Assembly: GCA_951406725.2 (NCBI GenBank)
Contig: OX597836.1
Coordinates: 16,802,001 to 16,866,000 of the forward strand
Source: Octopus vulgaris
Taxonomy: Eukaryota
Direction of reading: 5' to 3'
DNA length: 64,000 nucleotides
Under the pieces are notes generated by a model. That model searched no databases and was not told the DNA's origin. It saw nothing but the letters and a program-made list of their open reading frames with translations. The translations under genes were made by a program, and so were the position numbers. Below, piece after piece: positions 25,469-38,267 of this stretch. Each line of letters starts with the position of its first letter. Positions within the stretch are counted from its first letter, which is position 1.

Positions 25469-25806
25469 ATATATATATATATATATATGTATGTATAGAA
25501 ATTAAATATAAAATATAAATTACAAAGTGGGACAAGAACACAAAAACACACAAGGAGACGACAAAAAAAACAGACGGGTCACTCGAAGCCTCTAATCTTC
25601 AGTCGGGAACCGGATCATCTTAGTAATTTCGGCTGTTTAATCTCGATATCACTCCGACCCGGCCAGCCTCAAGGAAAATCCAAGCCACAGGCATTGGATT
25701 TCTTGGAAAGAGGGTCGAATGTATACGGAAGAAAGACAGGGTGCCACACAAATATAAATACAAGAAACAAAAAATAGAAATAAAAGACAGAAATAAAAAA
25801 CACGAA

Positions 25807-25843
<37 letters not shown>

Positions 25844-25851
25844 AATGTGTG

Positions 25852-25885
<34 letters not shown>

Positions 25886-26212
25886 AATGTGTGTATATAT
25901 ATATACACACACACACACGCATACAAATGTGTATACGTACGTATGTACACACACACACATATATGTTATATGAACTTACATACCTTGGTTTATGTAGGAC
26001 AAACAAGAGTATCCAGTAGATGTCATGTTCTACAGGATATGGATTCTTTTTTTATTGAAACTGAAGCCAAGAGTTTGTCTCACGACTTGAGTTTTACATT
26101 ACTTTTCTCACCTGAAAAGCTCAGTGGCTTGAAACTTGAGTCGCAAGAGAAACTCTGTCTTAATTAAAAGAAAAGAAAGAAAGAAAAGAAAAAAGCTGTT
26201 TTACATATATTA

Positions 26213-26598
26213 GTGCAGATGTGACCAGGTGGTAAAAAGTCTGCTTCCCAACCACATGGTTCATAGTTCAGTCTCACTGCATGACACCTTGAGCAAGTGT
26301 CTTCTTTCTGTTTCTGTCTATCAAATCCAGTTACAAGGCTTTAGTCGGCCTGAGGCGAAAGTAAAAGACACTCACCCAAGGTGCCACACGGTGGGACTGA
26401 ACCCGGAACCATGTGGTTGGTAAGCAAGCTACTTACCACACAGCCACTCCTGCACCTTATATAGTGGCTCTGTGGTAAGAAGCTTGCTACCCAATCACAT
26501 GGTTCCGAGTTCAATCCCACTGCATAGTACAATGGGCAAGTGTCTTCTGCTATAACCTCAGGCTGTGTATTTGGTAAATGGAAACTGAAAGATGCCTG

Positions 26599-26639
<41 letters not shown>

Positions 26640-26795
26640 GTATGTATATCTCTGTGTATTTGTTTCCCCATCACCTCTTGACATTTGGTGTTGGTGTGTT
26701 TATGTCTCCATAACTTAGCGGTTCAACAAAAGAGACCTATAGAATAAGTACTAGGCTTTAAAAAAAATGTTCTGGAGTCGATTTATTCAACTAAA
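26213..26795. mobile_element. cluster of SINE A fragments in alternating orientation
   Basis: + head ~26213-26303, - head ~26303-26455, + copy ~26463-26795. Confidence 0.7.
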
Positions 26796-26964
26796 AACCA
26801 GCACAGATACTATTTGCACAACACCAGCATCAGCCGCATTGTCTCCATGAGGGCCAACACCCAAAATTTGCTTTTTATGTGCCACCAGAATGGGTGCCAG
26901 TTATGTGACACCAGGAACGACCACAGCTATGATTTCACTTGGCTTGATGGGTCTTCTCAAGCCC

Positions 26965-27222
26965 AGCCCGTGCCGGTGGCACATAAAAAGCACCAATCTG
27001 ATCATGGCCGTTTGCCAGCCTCGTCTGGCACCTGTGCCGGTGGCACGTAAAAAGCACCCACTACACTCACGGAGTGGTTGGCGTTAGGAAGGGCATCCAG
27101 CTGTAGAAACACTGCCAGATCAGACTGGGCCTGGTGCAGCCTCCTGGCTTCCCAGACCCCAGTTGGACCGTCCAACCCATGCTAGCATGGAAAGCGGATG
27201 TTAAATGATGATGATGATGATG
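26965..27222 (+). mobile_element. SINE family C
   Basis: Ceph-like motif and (GAT)n tail. Confidence 0.75.
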
Positions 27223-27615
27223 ATATATATATATATATGTATGTACATATGTATATATATGCACTGGTGGAACACTCTGGTTTTGAAGTCGATACAAAAT
27301 GTAAATACATGTCAGAAGTTATATAGTAACTGTCACTTTTTGGGTTGGAGATTGTATGTGTGATGTGTGATGTGTGTATATATGTGTGTGTTTGCACAAG
27401 TCCTTTGTGTCCAAATACATAATGCCATTTACCTTAAATGTGACGATCATATACACCCAACACAACACACTTCTGCATACAATAGTTACATATTTGGTTT
27501 GCAAAATAAACAGATCTATATATATAGCGCAGCGTGTGTGTGTGTGTGTGTCTCTGTAGCCATGTATGTTGTGTGTGCACATGATCATACATACACAGTC
27601 AGTAGATATTTTTAC

Positions 27616-27687
<72 letters not shown>

Positions 27688-28428
27688 ATCTATATATATA
27701 TATATATATATGTGTGAGAAAAATTGTGGAGTAAATGCCTTGAAGTTTATTTATGAATTTATTCAACGATAACCCACATTCTGTCACGAATTCCAAGTTG
27801 CCTTTGTGTGAATATGTATTTGTGCACATGGTATGTGTGGGTCTATGTTTGTGTATCATGTATATTGTGTGTGCGTGTGTGTGTGTGTGTATCGTGGATA
27901 GATAGATAGATAGATAGATTGATATATATAGATATATGCATATATATATATATATATCTATATATATTTGTGTGTGTATTTATAATGTATGTGGGGGGCA
28001 GATGTGTGCATTTGTGTGTGTGTATGTATGTCTGTTATGTATGTTTGTGTTGCTGTGTTTGTAGACACACCGCTGAGAATATTTTCATGAAATTCTCAGG
28101 GAAGTTCAGTATGTCTGATAGTAATAAGCTCAGTCGTACAAAGATAAGAAGCTTTTGTGCTCTAGTTCTTGTTAAGTATGTCAATCTTTGAATAAACGCT
28201 AACTGGCAATGAAACATCTGTGTTCATCAGTATCGTAAGACTTATATGGAGCAACGGTGAAATTATCATAGTGTGTGGATGAGCGAACAGGACTAAGGAA
28301 GGGTATTGTGTGGGTGGAGAAGATTTGGTTTCATTTGTGCCACTGTGCTCACTTCATGCCCTGCTTCGCCCTCTTGTTTTCATATTTCTGTTAAAATACA
28401 CCACTTTGGCCAAAAGTGGGCCATTATA

Positions 28429-28818
28429 GGCGCAGGAGTGGCTGTGTGGTATGTAGCTTGCCAACCAGCCACATGGTTCTGGGTTCAGTCCCACTGCGTG
28501 GCATCTTGAGCAAGTGTTTTCTGCTATAGCCCCGGGCCGACCAATGCCTTGTGAGTGGATTTGGTAGACGGAAACTGAAAGAAGCCTGTCGTATATATGT
28601 ATATATATATATATAAGTGTGTGTGTATATGTTTGTGTGTCTGTGTTTGTCCCCCTAGCATTGCTTGACAACCGATGCTGGTGTGTTTACATCCCCGTCA
28701 CTTAGCGGTTCGGCAAAAGAGACCGATAGAATAAGTCCCGGGGTTGATTTGCTCGACTAAAGGCGGTGCTCCAGCATGGCCGCAGTCAAATGACTGAAAC
28801 AAGTAAAAGAGTAAAGAG
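28429..28818 (+). mobile_element. SINE family A
   Basis: Near-consensus; small deletion between AGAATAAGT repeats. Confidence 0.85.
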
Positions 28819-28890
28819 ATTACAAAATGAAGTTGCTAACTTCTGCTACATTTGTGCATATGTTCAGTTTGAGCATTTTCATATGTAATG

Positions 28891-29327
28891 CTCTTTACTC
28901 TTTTACTTGTTTCAGTCATTTTGACTGCGGCCATGCTGGAGCACCGACTTTAGTCGAGCAAATCGACCCCTGGACTTATTCTTTGTAAGCCCAGTACTTA
29001 TTCTATCTGTCTCTTTTACCGAACCGCTAAGTTATGGAGACGTAAACACACCAGCATCGGTTGTCAAGCAATGCTAGAGGGACAAACACAGACACAGAAA
29101 CATATACATACACATACATATATATATACATATATACGACAGGCTTCTTTCAGTTTCTGTCTACCAAATCCACTCACAAGGCTTTGGTCGGCCCCAAATC
29201 CACTCACAAGGCTTTGGTCGGCCCGTGGCTATAGCAGAAGACACTTCCCCTAGATGCCACGCAGTGGGACTGAACCCGGAACCATGTGGCTGGTTAGTAA
29301 GCTACTTACCACAGCCACTCCTGCGCC
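28891..29327 (-). mobile_element. SINE family A
   Basis: Reverse complement; internal 30-bp tandem duplication at ~29164-29224. Confidence 0.85.
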
Positions 29328-29461
29328 TATAGAGGACAATAGTTTAACTTCATTTTTCCTTTCTTTCCTATAAAAGGTTACATAGAGGGGACAAACAAGG
29401 ACAGACAAGGGACATATAGGGGTCATACACACTCGTTACACAAAATTAAAGCGAATGGGTT

Positions 29462-29793
29462 TACCAATCCGAGCGTGATGGTTGCCAGAGCAGCCAACCG
29501 GCTTCCATACCCGTGGCACATAAAAGGGCACCATTCGAGCATGACCGTTACCAACGTCGCTTCACTGGCACCTGTAAAAAGATTCGAACAAGGTCGTTGC
29601 CAGTACCGCCTGACTGGCCCCCGTGCCGGTGGCACGTAAAAAGCACCCACTACACTCTCGGAGTGGTTGGCGTCAGGAAGGGCATCCAGCTGTAGAAACT
29701 CTGCCAGATCAAGATTGGAGCCTGGTGCAGCCATCTGGTTCGCCAGACCTCAGTCAAAGTCGCTCAACCCATGCTAGCATGGAAAGTGGACGT
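29462..29793 (+). mobile_element. SINE family C
   Basis: Same internal units as 6870-7360. Confidence 0.75.
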
Positions 29794-29941
29794 CTTCCAT
29801 ACCACATCTTTCAGTTCATCAGAGTAATGAGTGTTAGATTGTCTTGCACATGGAAGGAAATTAAGCGACAGATCAATTAAAGTCAACTGATGTTTACTGC
29901 AACAAGAATAACAACAACACACCATTATGAACGAATGAATG

Positions 29942-29947
<6 letters not shown>

Positions 29948-30036
<89 letters not shown>
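29948..30036. repeat. pure (TA)n microsatellite
   Basis: Direct reading. Confidence 0.95.
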
Positions 30037-30039
<3 letters not shown>

Positions 30040-30449
30040 AAAACAAGAGAAAGACAGCAGACATAATAAAAAAACAAAGGACTGAATAAATAATGAGCAA
30101 TGTTCAGAAATTTAATTACCTCGTGATAAGTTATTTGTTTACGGACAAATTTAGATCAGAAATCTGAAAGCTGGGGAAGAATTAGTTCCAAAAATAAATT
30201 TGTGTGAATATGAATGGGCAGCAAAAATAATAATAAAGAAGTAAATAGATAAATTATTGAGTTCAAAGAATTAAAAGTAATCCTCATTAACAGTGTACTT
30301 TTGCAAATAAAGTAAAATTATATGTCTAATTCTATAACGAGCAAAAAAATATCAGTGGCCTTGGGAAGCTAGAAATAACAACAACAGAAGTGGAAGAGCA
30401 CTCTAGGAATCTAGCAAGCTTCAAAAAACCTATGTTTGACCTACATATA

Positions 30450-30822
30450 GCGCAGGAGTGGCTGTGTGGTAAGTACCTTGGTTACCAACCACATGGTTCC
30501 GGGTTCAGTCCCACTGCGTGGCACCTTGGGCAAGTGTCTTCTACTATAGCCTCGGGCCGACCAAAGCCTTGTGAGTGGATTTGGTAGACGGAAACTGAAA
30601 GAAGCCCGTCGTATATATGTATATATGTGTGCGTGTATGTATGTGTGTCTGTGTTTGTTCCCCCTAGCATTGCTCGACAATCGATGCTTGTGTGTTTACG
30701 TCCATGTAACTTAGCGGTTCGACAAAAAGAGACTGATAGGATAAGTACTGGGCTTACAAAGAATAAAGGCGGTGCTCCAGCATGGCCGCAGTCAAATGAC
30801 TGAAACAAGTAAAAAGACTAAA
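30450..30822 (+). mobile_element. SINE family A with internal deletion
   Basis: AAAGAATAAAGGCGG junction lacks the CCCGGGGTCG segment. Confidence 0.85.
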
Positions 30823-31875
30823 GACACACACACAAACACATACATGTATGTATACACACACACACATGTACATACTTATATACATATACACATACGCATT
30901 TATACACACATACATCATCATCATCATCATTATTAGCAATTACCATTCGCTTTCCATATTTGAATGAGTCAGGTGGAATTCATTGAAGTAGATTTAAGGC
31001 CAGAGCCATCCTTTCCAGTTTCCAACCCTCACTTGTTCCCCCAAATAAGGTAATATTTTCCCCTTGACCATAAATGTCCCGGAAGTTTGGAAGCGAGGGA
31101 CACCACTTGTATGACACTGACACTCACCTCTACACACAAATGCATTACACTGTGGCCATGCTGGGGCACCACCTTGAAGTACATTTAGTCAAATTAATTG
31201 ACCCCTAGTACTTATTTTTTCAGAGCCTAGTACTTATTCTTACTGTCTCTTCTGTCAAACCAATAAATTACATGGATGTAAACAAACCAACACAAATTGT
31301 CAAGTGGTGGCAGGGGACAAACAGACACAAAGACATATATATATATATATATATATATACAATGAGCTTTTAGTTACCATCTACCAAATCCATTCACAAG
31401 ACTTTGGTCAGCCCAAGGCTATAATAGAAGACACTTGCCCTTGGTGCCATGCAGTGGGATTGAATCCGGAACCATGTGGTTGGGAAGTGAGCTTCTTACC
31501 ATACAGTCACAGCTATGTCTATTAAAAGAATTCATATCTAGAACACACAGGAGTTAAAAAGAGAGACAGAGACAGACAGAAAAACGGAAAATGTCCCTTG
31601 CATTTGAAAACTATGGAAATATTTTTTAAAAAACATTTCATTTAATTTTTCCACAATTTAATTGTTTTTCATGCTTTACTCTAAGTTGAAAAAGTCGCAA
31701 AGACTGAAACTGTTTCTAAAATGATCTTCATGATAAAATTATTTTATCATTCTCTACCATGTCTGATTTTCCTTATATAAATATATATATATATATATAA
31801 TACATACACACATATACATATATATATACACTATACACACACATATATATACATATACACACATATTCACATACT

Positions 31876-31914
<39 letters not shown>

Positions 31915-31924
31915 GGGTATTAAG

Positions 31925-32564
31925 AGCACCATCCGAGCATGATCATTACCAGTATCGCCTTACTGGCACGTAAAACACCCACTACACTCTCGGAGTGGTT
32001 GGCGTCAGGAAGGGCATCCACCTGTAGAAACTCTGCCAGATCAAGATTGAAGCCTGGTGCAGCCATCTGGTTCACCAGTCATTCGTCCAACCCATGCTAG
32101 CATGGAAAGCGGACGTTAAACGATGATGATGATATATATATATTCTCTTTTATTCTTTTTACTCTTTTACTTGTTTCAGTCATTTGACTACGGCCATGCT
32201 GGAGCACCACCTTTAATCGAGCAACTCGACCCCGAGACTTATTCTTTGTAAGCCCAGTACTTATTCTATCGGTCTCTTTTGCCGAACCGCTAAGTGACGG
32301 GGACATAAACACACCAGCATCGGTTGTCAAGCAATGCTAGGGGGACAAACACAAACATTCACATGCACACACACATATACATATATATATATATACATAT
32401 ATACGACGGGCTTCTTTCAGTTTCCGTCTACCAAATCCACTCACAAGGCTTTGGTCGGCCCGAGGCTATAGTAGAAGACCCTTGCCCAAGGTGCCACGCA
32501 GTGGGACTGAACCCGGAACCATGTGGTTGGTAAACAAGCTACTTACCACACAGCCACTACTGCG

Positions 32565-32567
<3 letters not shown>
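31925..32567. mobile_element. SINE C (+, 31925-32132) tail-to-tail with SINE A (-, 32145-32567)
   Basis: Family motifs as above. Confidence 0.8.
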
Positions 32568-32600
<33 letters not shown>

Positions 32601-33146
32601 TGTGTGTACTTGCGTGCAGCTACACATACAATACAATTGCTGTGTAAGGTGTGTTGCATACTGTCTGCTTGTTTCACATTTGTAAGACAGAAAGTCCCCG
32701 CCACCGCCACCACCACCAACCACTGAACGCACCAATTTAAGTCAACAACAAACTTTTTCGTTTCGTAACCCACAAATCGCTGATCCTATGACACGCACTC
32801 GTTAACGCATTATGAATCCATCGTTAGTCTGATGCAATAATTCAGATCTGTTTCGATAGTTACGTATTACTGCAAAGTTCAATCGAAACGTGAAGCTTTA
32901 TATAACGACGTAAAGCCACGAGACTAATTGGCGTGAGTACATCTTGGTTGAACTTTTAACTAAATAAGCTCACCACTGACGGATTCCCTATCACACGCAT
33001 CTTTGGTACAATGACAAAATGGTTTCCATCTTTGCTCTAATCCCTTTGTTGCCATATTTCTGTTGCAATTCATGTCCTGTGAATTAATTTTGAAAATGAA
33101 AAAAAGAATTTAGTAAAGTAACTTTGTTATTATTATTAAGAGGACA

Positions 33147-33560
33147 TCTCTCTATATATAAACGGCAAAATGTCTGTGTGTGTGTGTGTGTGTGTATCCT
33201 TTATACAAATCCACAATTTTTCAGTTATTGGGCTCGCACTTTCTATGGTCGTTCAGAACCGTCCAAGGGTGGTCGTGCACATATTTACATTTCCCCAGTC
33301 ACCCGCAAAGCCATTAAAATATCAATAGAAGTGACTTTCTTGTGAATTTTCTATCCAAAACCCAGTCAAAATGCCCGAAACTTTATACGCCAATTGAATG
33401 CCAGCTAGCTGTATGTGATTGGTCGGAGACTTGGACAGTACTCGCGTGTATGTGCGCACACACACACAGCTGTATATGCATTCACTAGCACTAGATAAAA
33501 TTAAAAAAAATAAAAATAAAAATAAAGCATATTTACAAATAAAAATTTGGAAAAAAGTAG
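33147..33560 (+). mobile_element. non-autonomous Helitron, 5' portion
   Basis: A|TCTCTCTATATATAAACGGCAAAATGTCTGTGTGTG start typical of animal Helitron 5' ends. Confidence 0.55.
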
Positions 33561-33584
33561 CAGAAAAACACTGTTGCTCATCTT

Positions 33585-34025
33585 GGGCTTGGCTGTGTGG
33601 TAAGAAGCTTGCTTCCCACCCACATGGTTCTGGGTTCAGTCCTACTGTGTGGCATCTCGGGCAAGTGTCTTCTACTGTAGCCTCAAGCTAACCAAAGCCT
33701 TGTGAGTGGATTTGGTAGACGGAAACTGAAAGAAATCTGTTGTATGTGTGTGTGTTTGTATGTGCGTGTATGTATGTATGTATATATATGGATATATATG
33801 TGTGTGTTTTTGTGTCTGTCCCCCCCCCCCTCCGCCACTGCTTGACAACCACTGTATATTTACATTCCCATAACTCAGCAGTTTGGCAAAAGAGACTGAT
33901 AAGAATAAGTAATAGGCTTGAAAAAAGGTCCTGGGGTTGATTTGTGTAGTGGAAAAAACCTTCGAGGTCGTGTTCCAGCATGGCCACAATCTAATGACTG
34001 AAGCATGTAAAAGGCAAAAAATAAA
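33585..34025 (+). mobile_element. SINE family A, older copy
   Basis: Diverged match to consensus. Confidence 0.75.
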
Positions 34026-34265
34026 AAAGATAGCAAAATTACAAAGCAACAAAGTAACATTTTTTCAAAGGCAAGTAAAGCTTTTGTTTTGTAGAGTCTT
34101 ATAATAACATCCATGGCACACCTAGGTACTTGCTATGATTCACTGCTTTACAACCATTGGCTTATGTAATCTCATGACATGGCAGAAATAGAAACTTGAT
34201 CTCCTTCAGATCACACCACACTGTTGTAACAGGATCAGCTTATTGGACAGTGTGGTCCTAGATAC

Positions 34266-34979
34266 TTAACCCTTTCGTTACTGCATTTATTTTGAGATGT
34301 TCTGCGTTTCTTTCATTTACTTTAAATATAACAAAGAATTAAGTAAAATAACTTAGTTATCATTCAGCTAGTGTTAGAAACATAAATTGTGAGTAAGGTT
34401 TGGTGGAAGATTTTAATTCAAAACTTATGAAAACAAGACATTTGTACTCAGAGCCAGAGCTGGTTTCAGCTGGGTTAGTATCAAAAGGGTTAAAAATATC
34501 ATGGTGACTTTAACCCTTTTGTTACCTTATTTCTATTGAGATGCTCTGTGTTTCTTTCAATTACTTTAAATATAACAAAGAATTTAGTAAAAGAACTTAG
34601 TTATCATTCAGCTAGTGTTAGGGACATAAATTGTGAGTAAGGTTTGGTGGAAGATTTTAATTCAAAACTTATGAAAACAAGACATTTGTATTCAAAGCCA
34701 GAGCTGGTTTCAGCTGGGTTAGTATCAAAAGGGTTAAAAATATCATGGTGACTTTAACCCTTTTGTTAACTTTTTTTTTATTGAGATGCTCAGTGTTTCT
34801 TTCAATTACTTTAAATATAACAAAGAATTTAGTAAAATAACTTGGTTATCATTGAGCTAGTGTTAGGAACATAAATAGTGACTAAGGTTTGGTGAAAGAT
34901 TTTAATTTAAAACTTATGAAGACAAGACAGTACTCAGAGCCAGAGGCAGTTTCAGCCAGGTTGGTATCAAAAGGGTTAA
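34266..34979. mobile_element. three tandem copies of piggyBac-type MITE P2 (244-bp period)
   Basis: Each unit TTAA-CCCTTT...AAAGGG-TTAA; identical 16-bp spacers AAATATCATGGTGACT. Confidence 0.85.
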
Positions 34980-35159
34980 ATACATTATGGTTGAAAACAA
35001 AGTGGTCATAGCTAGAAGGTCTGCTCATTGAGGACCATTGGTCTACAATCAGTGGTTCTCAACCATGTTTTGCCTGTGGACCCCTTTGATTCCTATTTTA
35101 TTCTACTGGACCCTCATAGCCATTCGCTGTGCGTAAAAAATCTTGCTGTATTTTTATAA

Positions 35160-35387
35160 TTAACCCTTTATTATTCAGATTATTCTGTCGAATGTAATGC
35201 TTGTTAATTCATATTGTTTTGAATTAATCATGTATTGTCTCATAGCTTTAAGTTTTCAGTGGTATGGTTGCTTACTTTTAGAATGACATTGTAAGGTAGG
35301 CATGAGGGGCTGGTTCTGGATGGTTTGAGTGTAAAACAGGTAGAATATTTGAGCCAGATATGGCCAGTTTAAATGCTAAAGGGTTAA
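35160..35387. mobile_element. piggyBac-type MITE P1 inserted at a TTAA in a hAT MITE
   Basis: TTAACCCTTTA...TAAAGGGTTAA; hAT TIR CAGTGGTTCTCAACC at 35050. Confidence 0.8.
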
Positions 35388-35403
35388 GTTAAATATAATA
35401 ATG

Positions 35404-35444
<41 letters not shown>

Positions 35445-36561
35445 TTATTTCTTTATTGCCCACAAGGGGCTAAACATAGAGAGGACAAACAAGGACAGAC
35501 AAAGGGATTAAGTTGATTACACCGACCCAGTGCGTAACTGGTACTTATTTAATCGACCCCGGATGATGATGATAGATGATTTTTCTATTAGCCACAAGGG
35601 TTCAAGGAAGGCAATAGACATTGGAAAAAGGTAGAAATATAAATGTGGGGAAGGGAGTATGAAGTGTGAAAAAAGGGGTAACAAAATAAAATATTCCCCA
35701 ATAGGTGGGATAGCTGCTTAGGGCCATTGAAAGGAACGTCACAAAATCTCAGTGACCCTAGCCACCAAGGGCAAGTACTCTCTCTCTCTCTCACCTGTCC
35801 TTTCCTGGTCTCTAAGCACATGTTTATCAAATATAGGGCCCATTTGTATATACAATATTTGCCAGTGTCACCCACCTTTCAAAGATTTTACTGGTGATGT
35901 TAGTGAAACTTGGGGAAAAAAAAACTTGATGAGGGTTTGGCCTAAGAGGAAAGTGTGTGTGTGTGTGTGTCTCCAATCTTTTCAGTTTCATCCACCACAC
36001 AACCTCTTTTTTGAATAGTAACCAACCCCGACAGGAAAACTGGTCATTCTTCTCAGCCAGACAAAAGGCTCAGAGCAATCTTCCACTCTGGACTCGGCTG
36101 ATAAACAAAACAACACAAGATTATCCTCTGGCAGTTAGTGACTTTTACTGATCATCTTTTTAATTACTTATCTTAGTTCCTAGATTAGTGGAGATTTGTC
36201 TAAATCCTTCATCCAAATCTCAGTGTTTATCTCTCTCTCTCTCTCTTTTTTTTTTTTGTATTGTTTTGATATTAATCTGCGGGTTTTTCTTAGTAAAAAA
36301 ACCCATCGACTTCTCGGTTAATTGTTTTACATCATCGTGCTGCTGCCTGTTGAACTTCTCCGCGTGGACACGGTGAAGATGCGCATAAAGAGTGGCTGAA
36401 CTGATAGAAACAACCAGACAGGTTACTGAGCGGTTGCTGTTGTTGTTGTTGTTGTGGTTGTACTTGCAGTTGTAGCTGTTGTTGTTATGGTGGCTGTCGT
36501 TGATGTTGTAGTTGTTCTTGTTGTTGCTACTTCTTAACCTGATGACAATCCTTAAGGGTAT

Positions 36562-37002
36562 ACTTTGATGGCATTCACTGCTCTCTCACTCAGTAATAAT
36601 AATAGTTTGATCTTAACCAGTTGAGCATGTCCCTTAGTGGCTGACGATATGTGCATCTCTGATCCTAAGCAGGAATAGTGGGGAGCATCATACCTATGTG
36701 CTGAGAGGGATTCTTTGGAGTTTGAATAATTCACCTCTGGAGACATGGGTGGTTCTTTCAACATCCTTAAACAACCCCTCAACCTGAAGAAAATTCTAAC
36801 TGGGCCCCACCTGCAAGGTCATCTGCTGTTTATCTTGATATGGGATCACCATGTCGCGCACATATGGGTTGTGATGCATGTGCCTGGTGTACCCTTATCA
36901 GACGGGTAGTCATGATGGGTATACTGGGCTTCGTATATTTGCACCCCAGTGTCACTTTGATGGCATGAACTGCTCTCTCACTCAATAATAATAATAATAA
37001 TA
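36562..37002 (+). mobile_element. non-LTR element 3'UTR with (TAA)n tail, terminal segment present twice
   Basis: ACTTTGATGGCAT..ACTGCTCTCTCACTCA followed by (TAA)n at ~36563 and ~36954. Confidence 0.5.
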
Positions 37003-37348
37003 AAGTCTTTTTATTGGCCACAAGGGCTGACAAATATGATTGGAAAACATAAAGGGACGAAAGGTTACAAAAGGTTTTCTCCGTTTTTCGAAAGAAAAAA
37101 GTTCGTGTAAAGAAGCTTTATAACAACGAAAAAATTCAACAATTTACAAAACTCCCAATAGAGGAGACGCTTCGAAAAAAGAAAAGGTCTCACGTAGAAA
37201 AACCCATAAAAGCCACGGGAGCCTGGTCAAAAGGGGGGTAGAGAGCCCCTTTCTCCTTTTATAATACCTTTTTCAATTACAGGCGAAACCTCAGAATTGG
37301 TCCATTTTTACTGGCCATTCTTGCACAATTCACTCACCTTTCAGAAAA
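37003..37348 (-). mobile_element. Tx1/L1-like LINE 3' end
   Basis: Homologous to 37607-37946; tail CCCTTGTGGCCAATAAA; flanked by (AAT)n. Confidence 0.6.
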
Positions 37349-37606
37349 TAATAATAGATGGTGATGATGATGATGGTAATGGTTTCAATTTTTGGCACAA
37401 GGTCAGCAGGTTTGGTGAAGGGGTTTAAGTTAAATTGACCCCGGTGTTCAACTGGTGCTTATTTTATTGACTCTGAAAGGATGAACGGTAAAGTCGACCA
37501 TGTTGGAATTTGAACTCAGAATGTCTAGACAGACAAAATGCTGCTAAGCAGTTCACCTGGCATGCTAACGATTCTGTCAGCTTGCCAATAATAATAATAA
37601 TAATAA

Positions 37607-37946
37607 TTCGTTTATTGGCCACAAGGGCTAACAAAAATCAATTAAAACATAAAGGGACAAAACACAACAAAAGTTACAAAGGGTTTTGTCCGTTTGAAAA
37701 AAGGTCCGTGTACAAAAGCAGGATAACAACGAAATATAAGTAACAATTAAAACTGCCAATAGGGGGAGGCACTTCGAAAGGGTTACTCGTGGAAAAACCC
37801 ATAAAAGCCACGGGAGCCTGGTCAAAAGGGGGGTAGAGAGCCCCTTTCTCCTTTTATATTTCCTTTTAATTTTTCACAGGTGTATCCTCAGAATTGGTCC
37901 GTTCATACTGGCCATTCTTGCGACATTCACCCACCTTTCAGTAAAC
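37607..37946 (-). mobile_element. Tx1/L1-like LINE 3' end
   Basis: Minus strand encodes FTERWVNVARMASMNGPILRIHL* then 3'UTR and AATAAA; flanked by (AAT)n. Confidence 0.6.
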
Positions 37947-38098
37947 TTAATAATAATAATAAGTAGACTTATGAATCGAAGATAGTCCAGTCATGACCAA
38001 TCCATGTAATTTATCTAGACAGTGTACATTGTGGTTGAGAGGCTCTCCTTTGCCAAAGCCCCTCTTCACCCAAACCTTTCCTTAGTCAAAGGTAGGCA

Positions 38099-38267
38099 TT
38101 TACCATTTAGCACTTAAGTTGACCATATTCGGCTGAAATATTCTATCAGCTTTGTTTTCACCAGTCAGATCTGTCCTCTCACACCAGCCCGACAATGTCA
38201 TTCTAAAAAAAAAAAAACAACCTGTTAACATTTGACGAAGGAGTAATCTGAATGCTAAAAGGGTTAA
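38099..38267. mobile_element. piggyBac-type MITE P1, internally deleted
   Basis: Ends AATGCTAAAAGGGTTAA; P1 body. Confidence 0.65.

Noticed and set aside
29808-29825. Minus-strand CTGATGA-ACT-GAAA
   Set aside because: No room for stem II and no stem I/III pairing
36540-36570. CTGATGA followed by a short hairpin
   Set aside because: No GAAA or stems I/III; not a hammerhead
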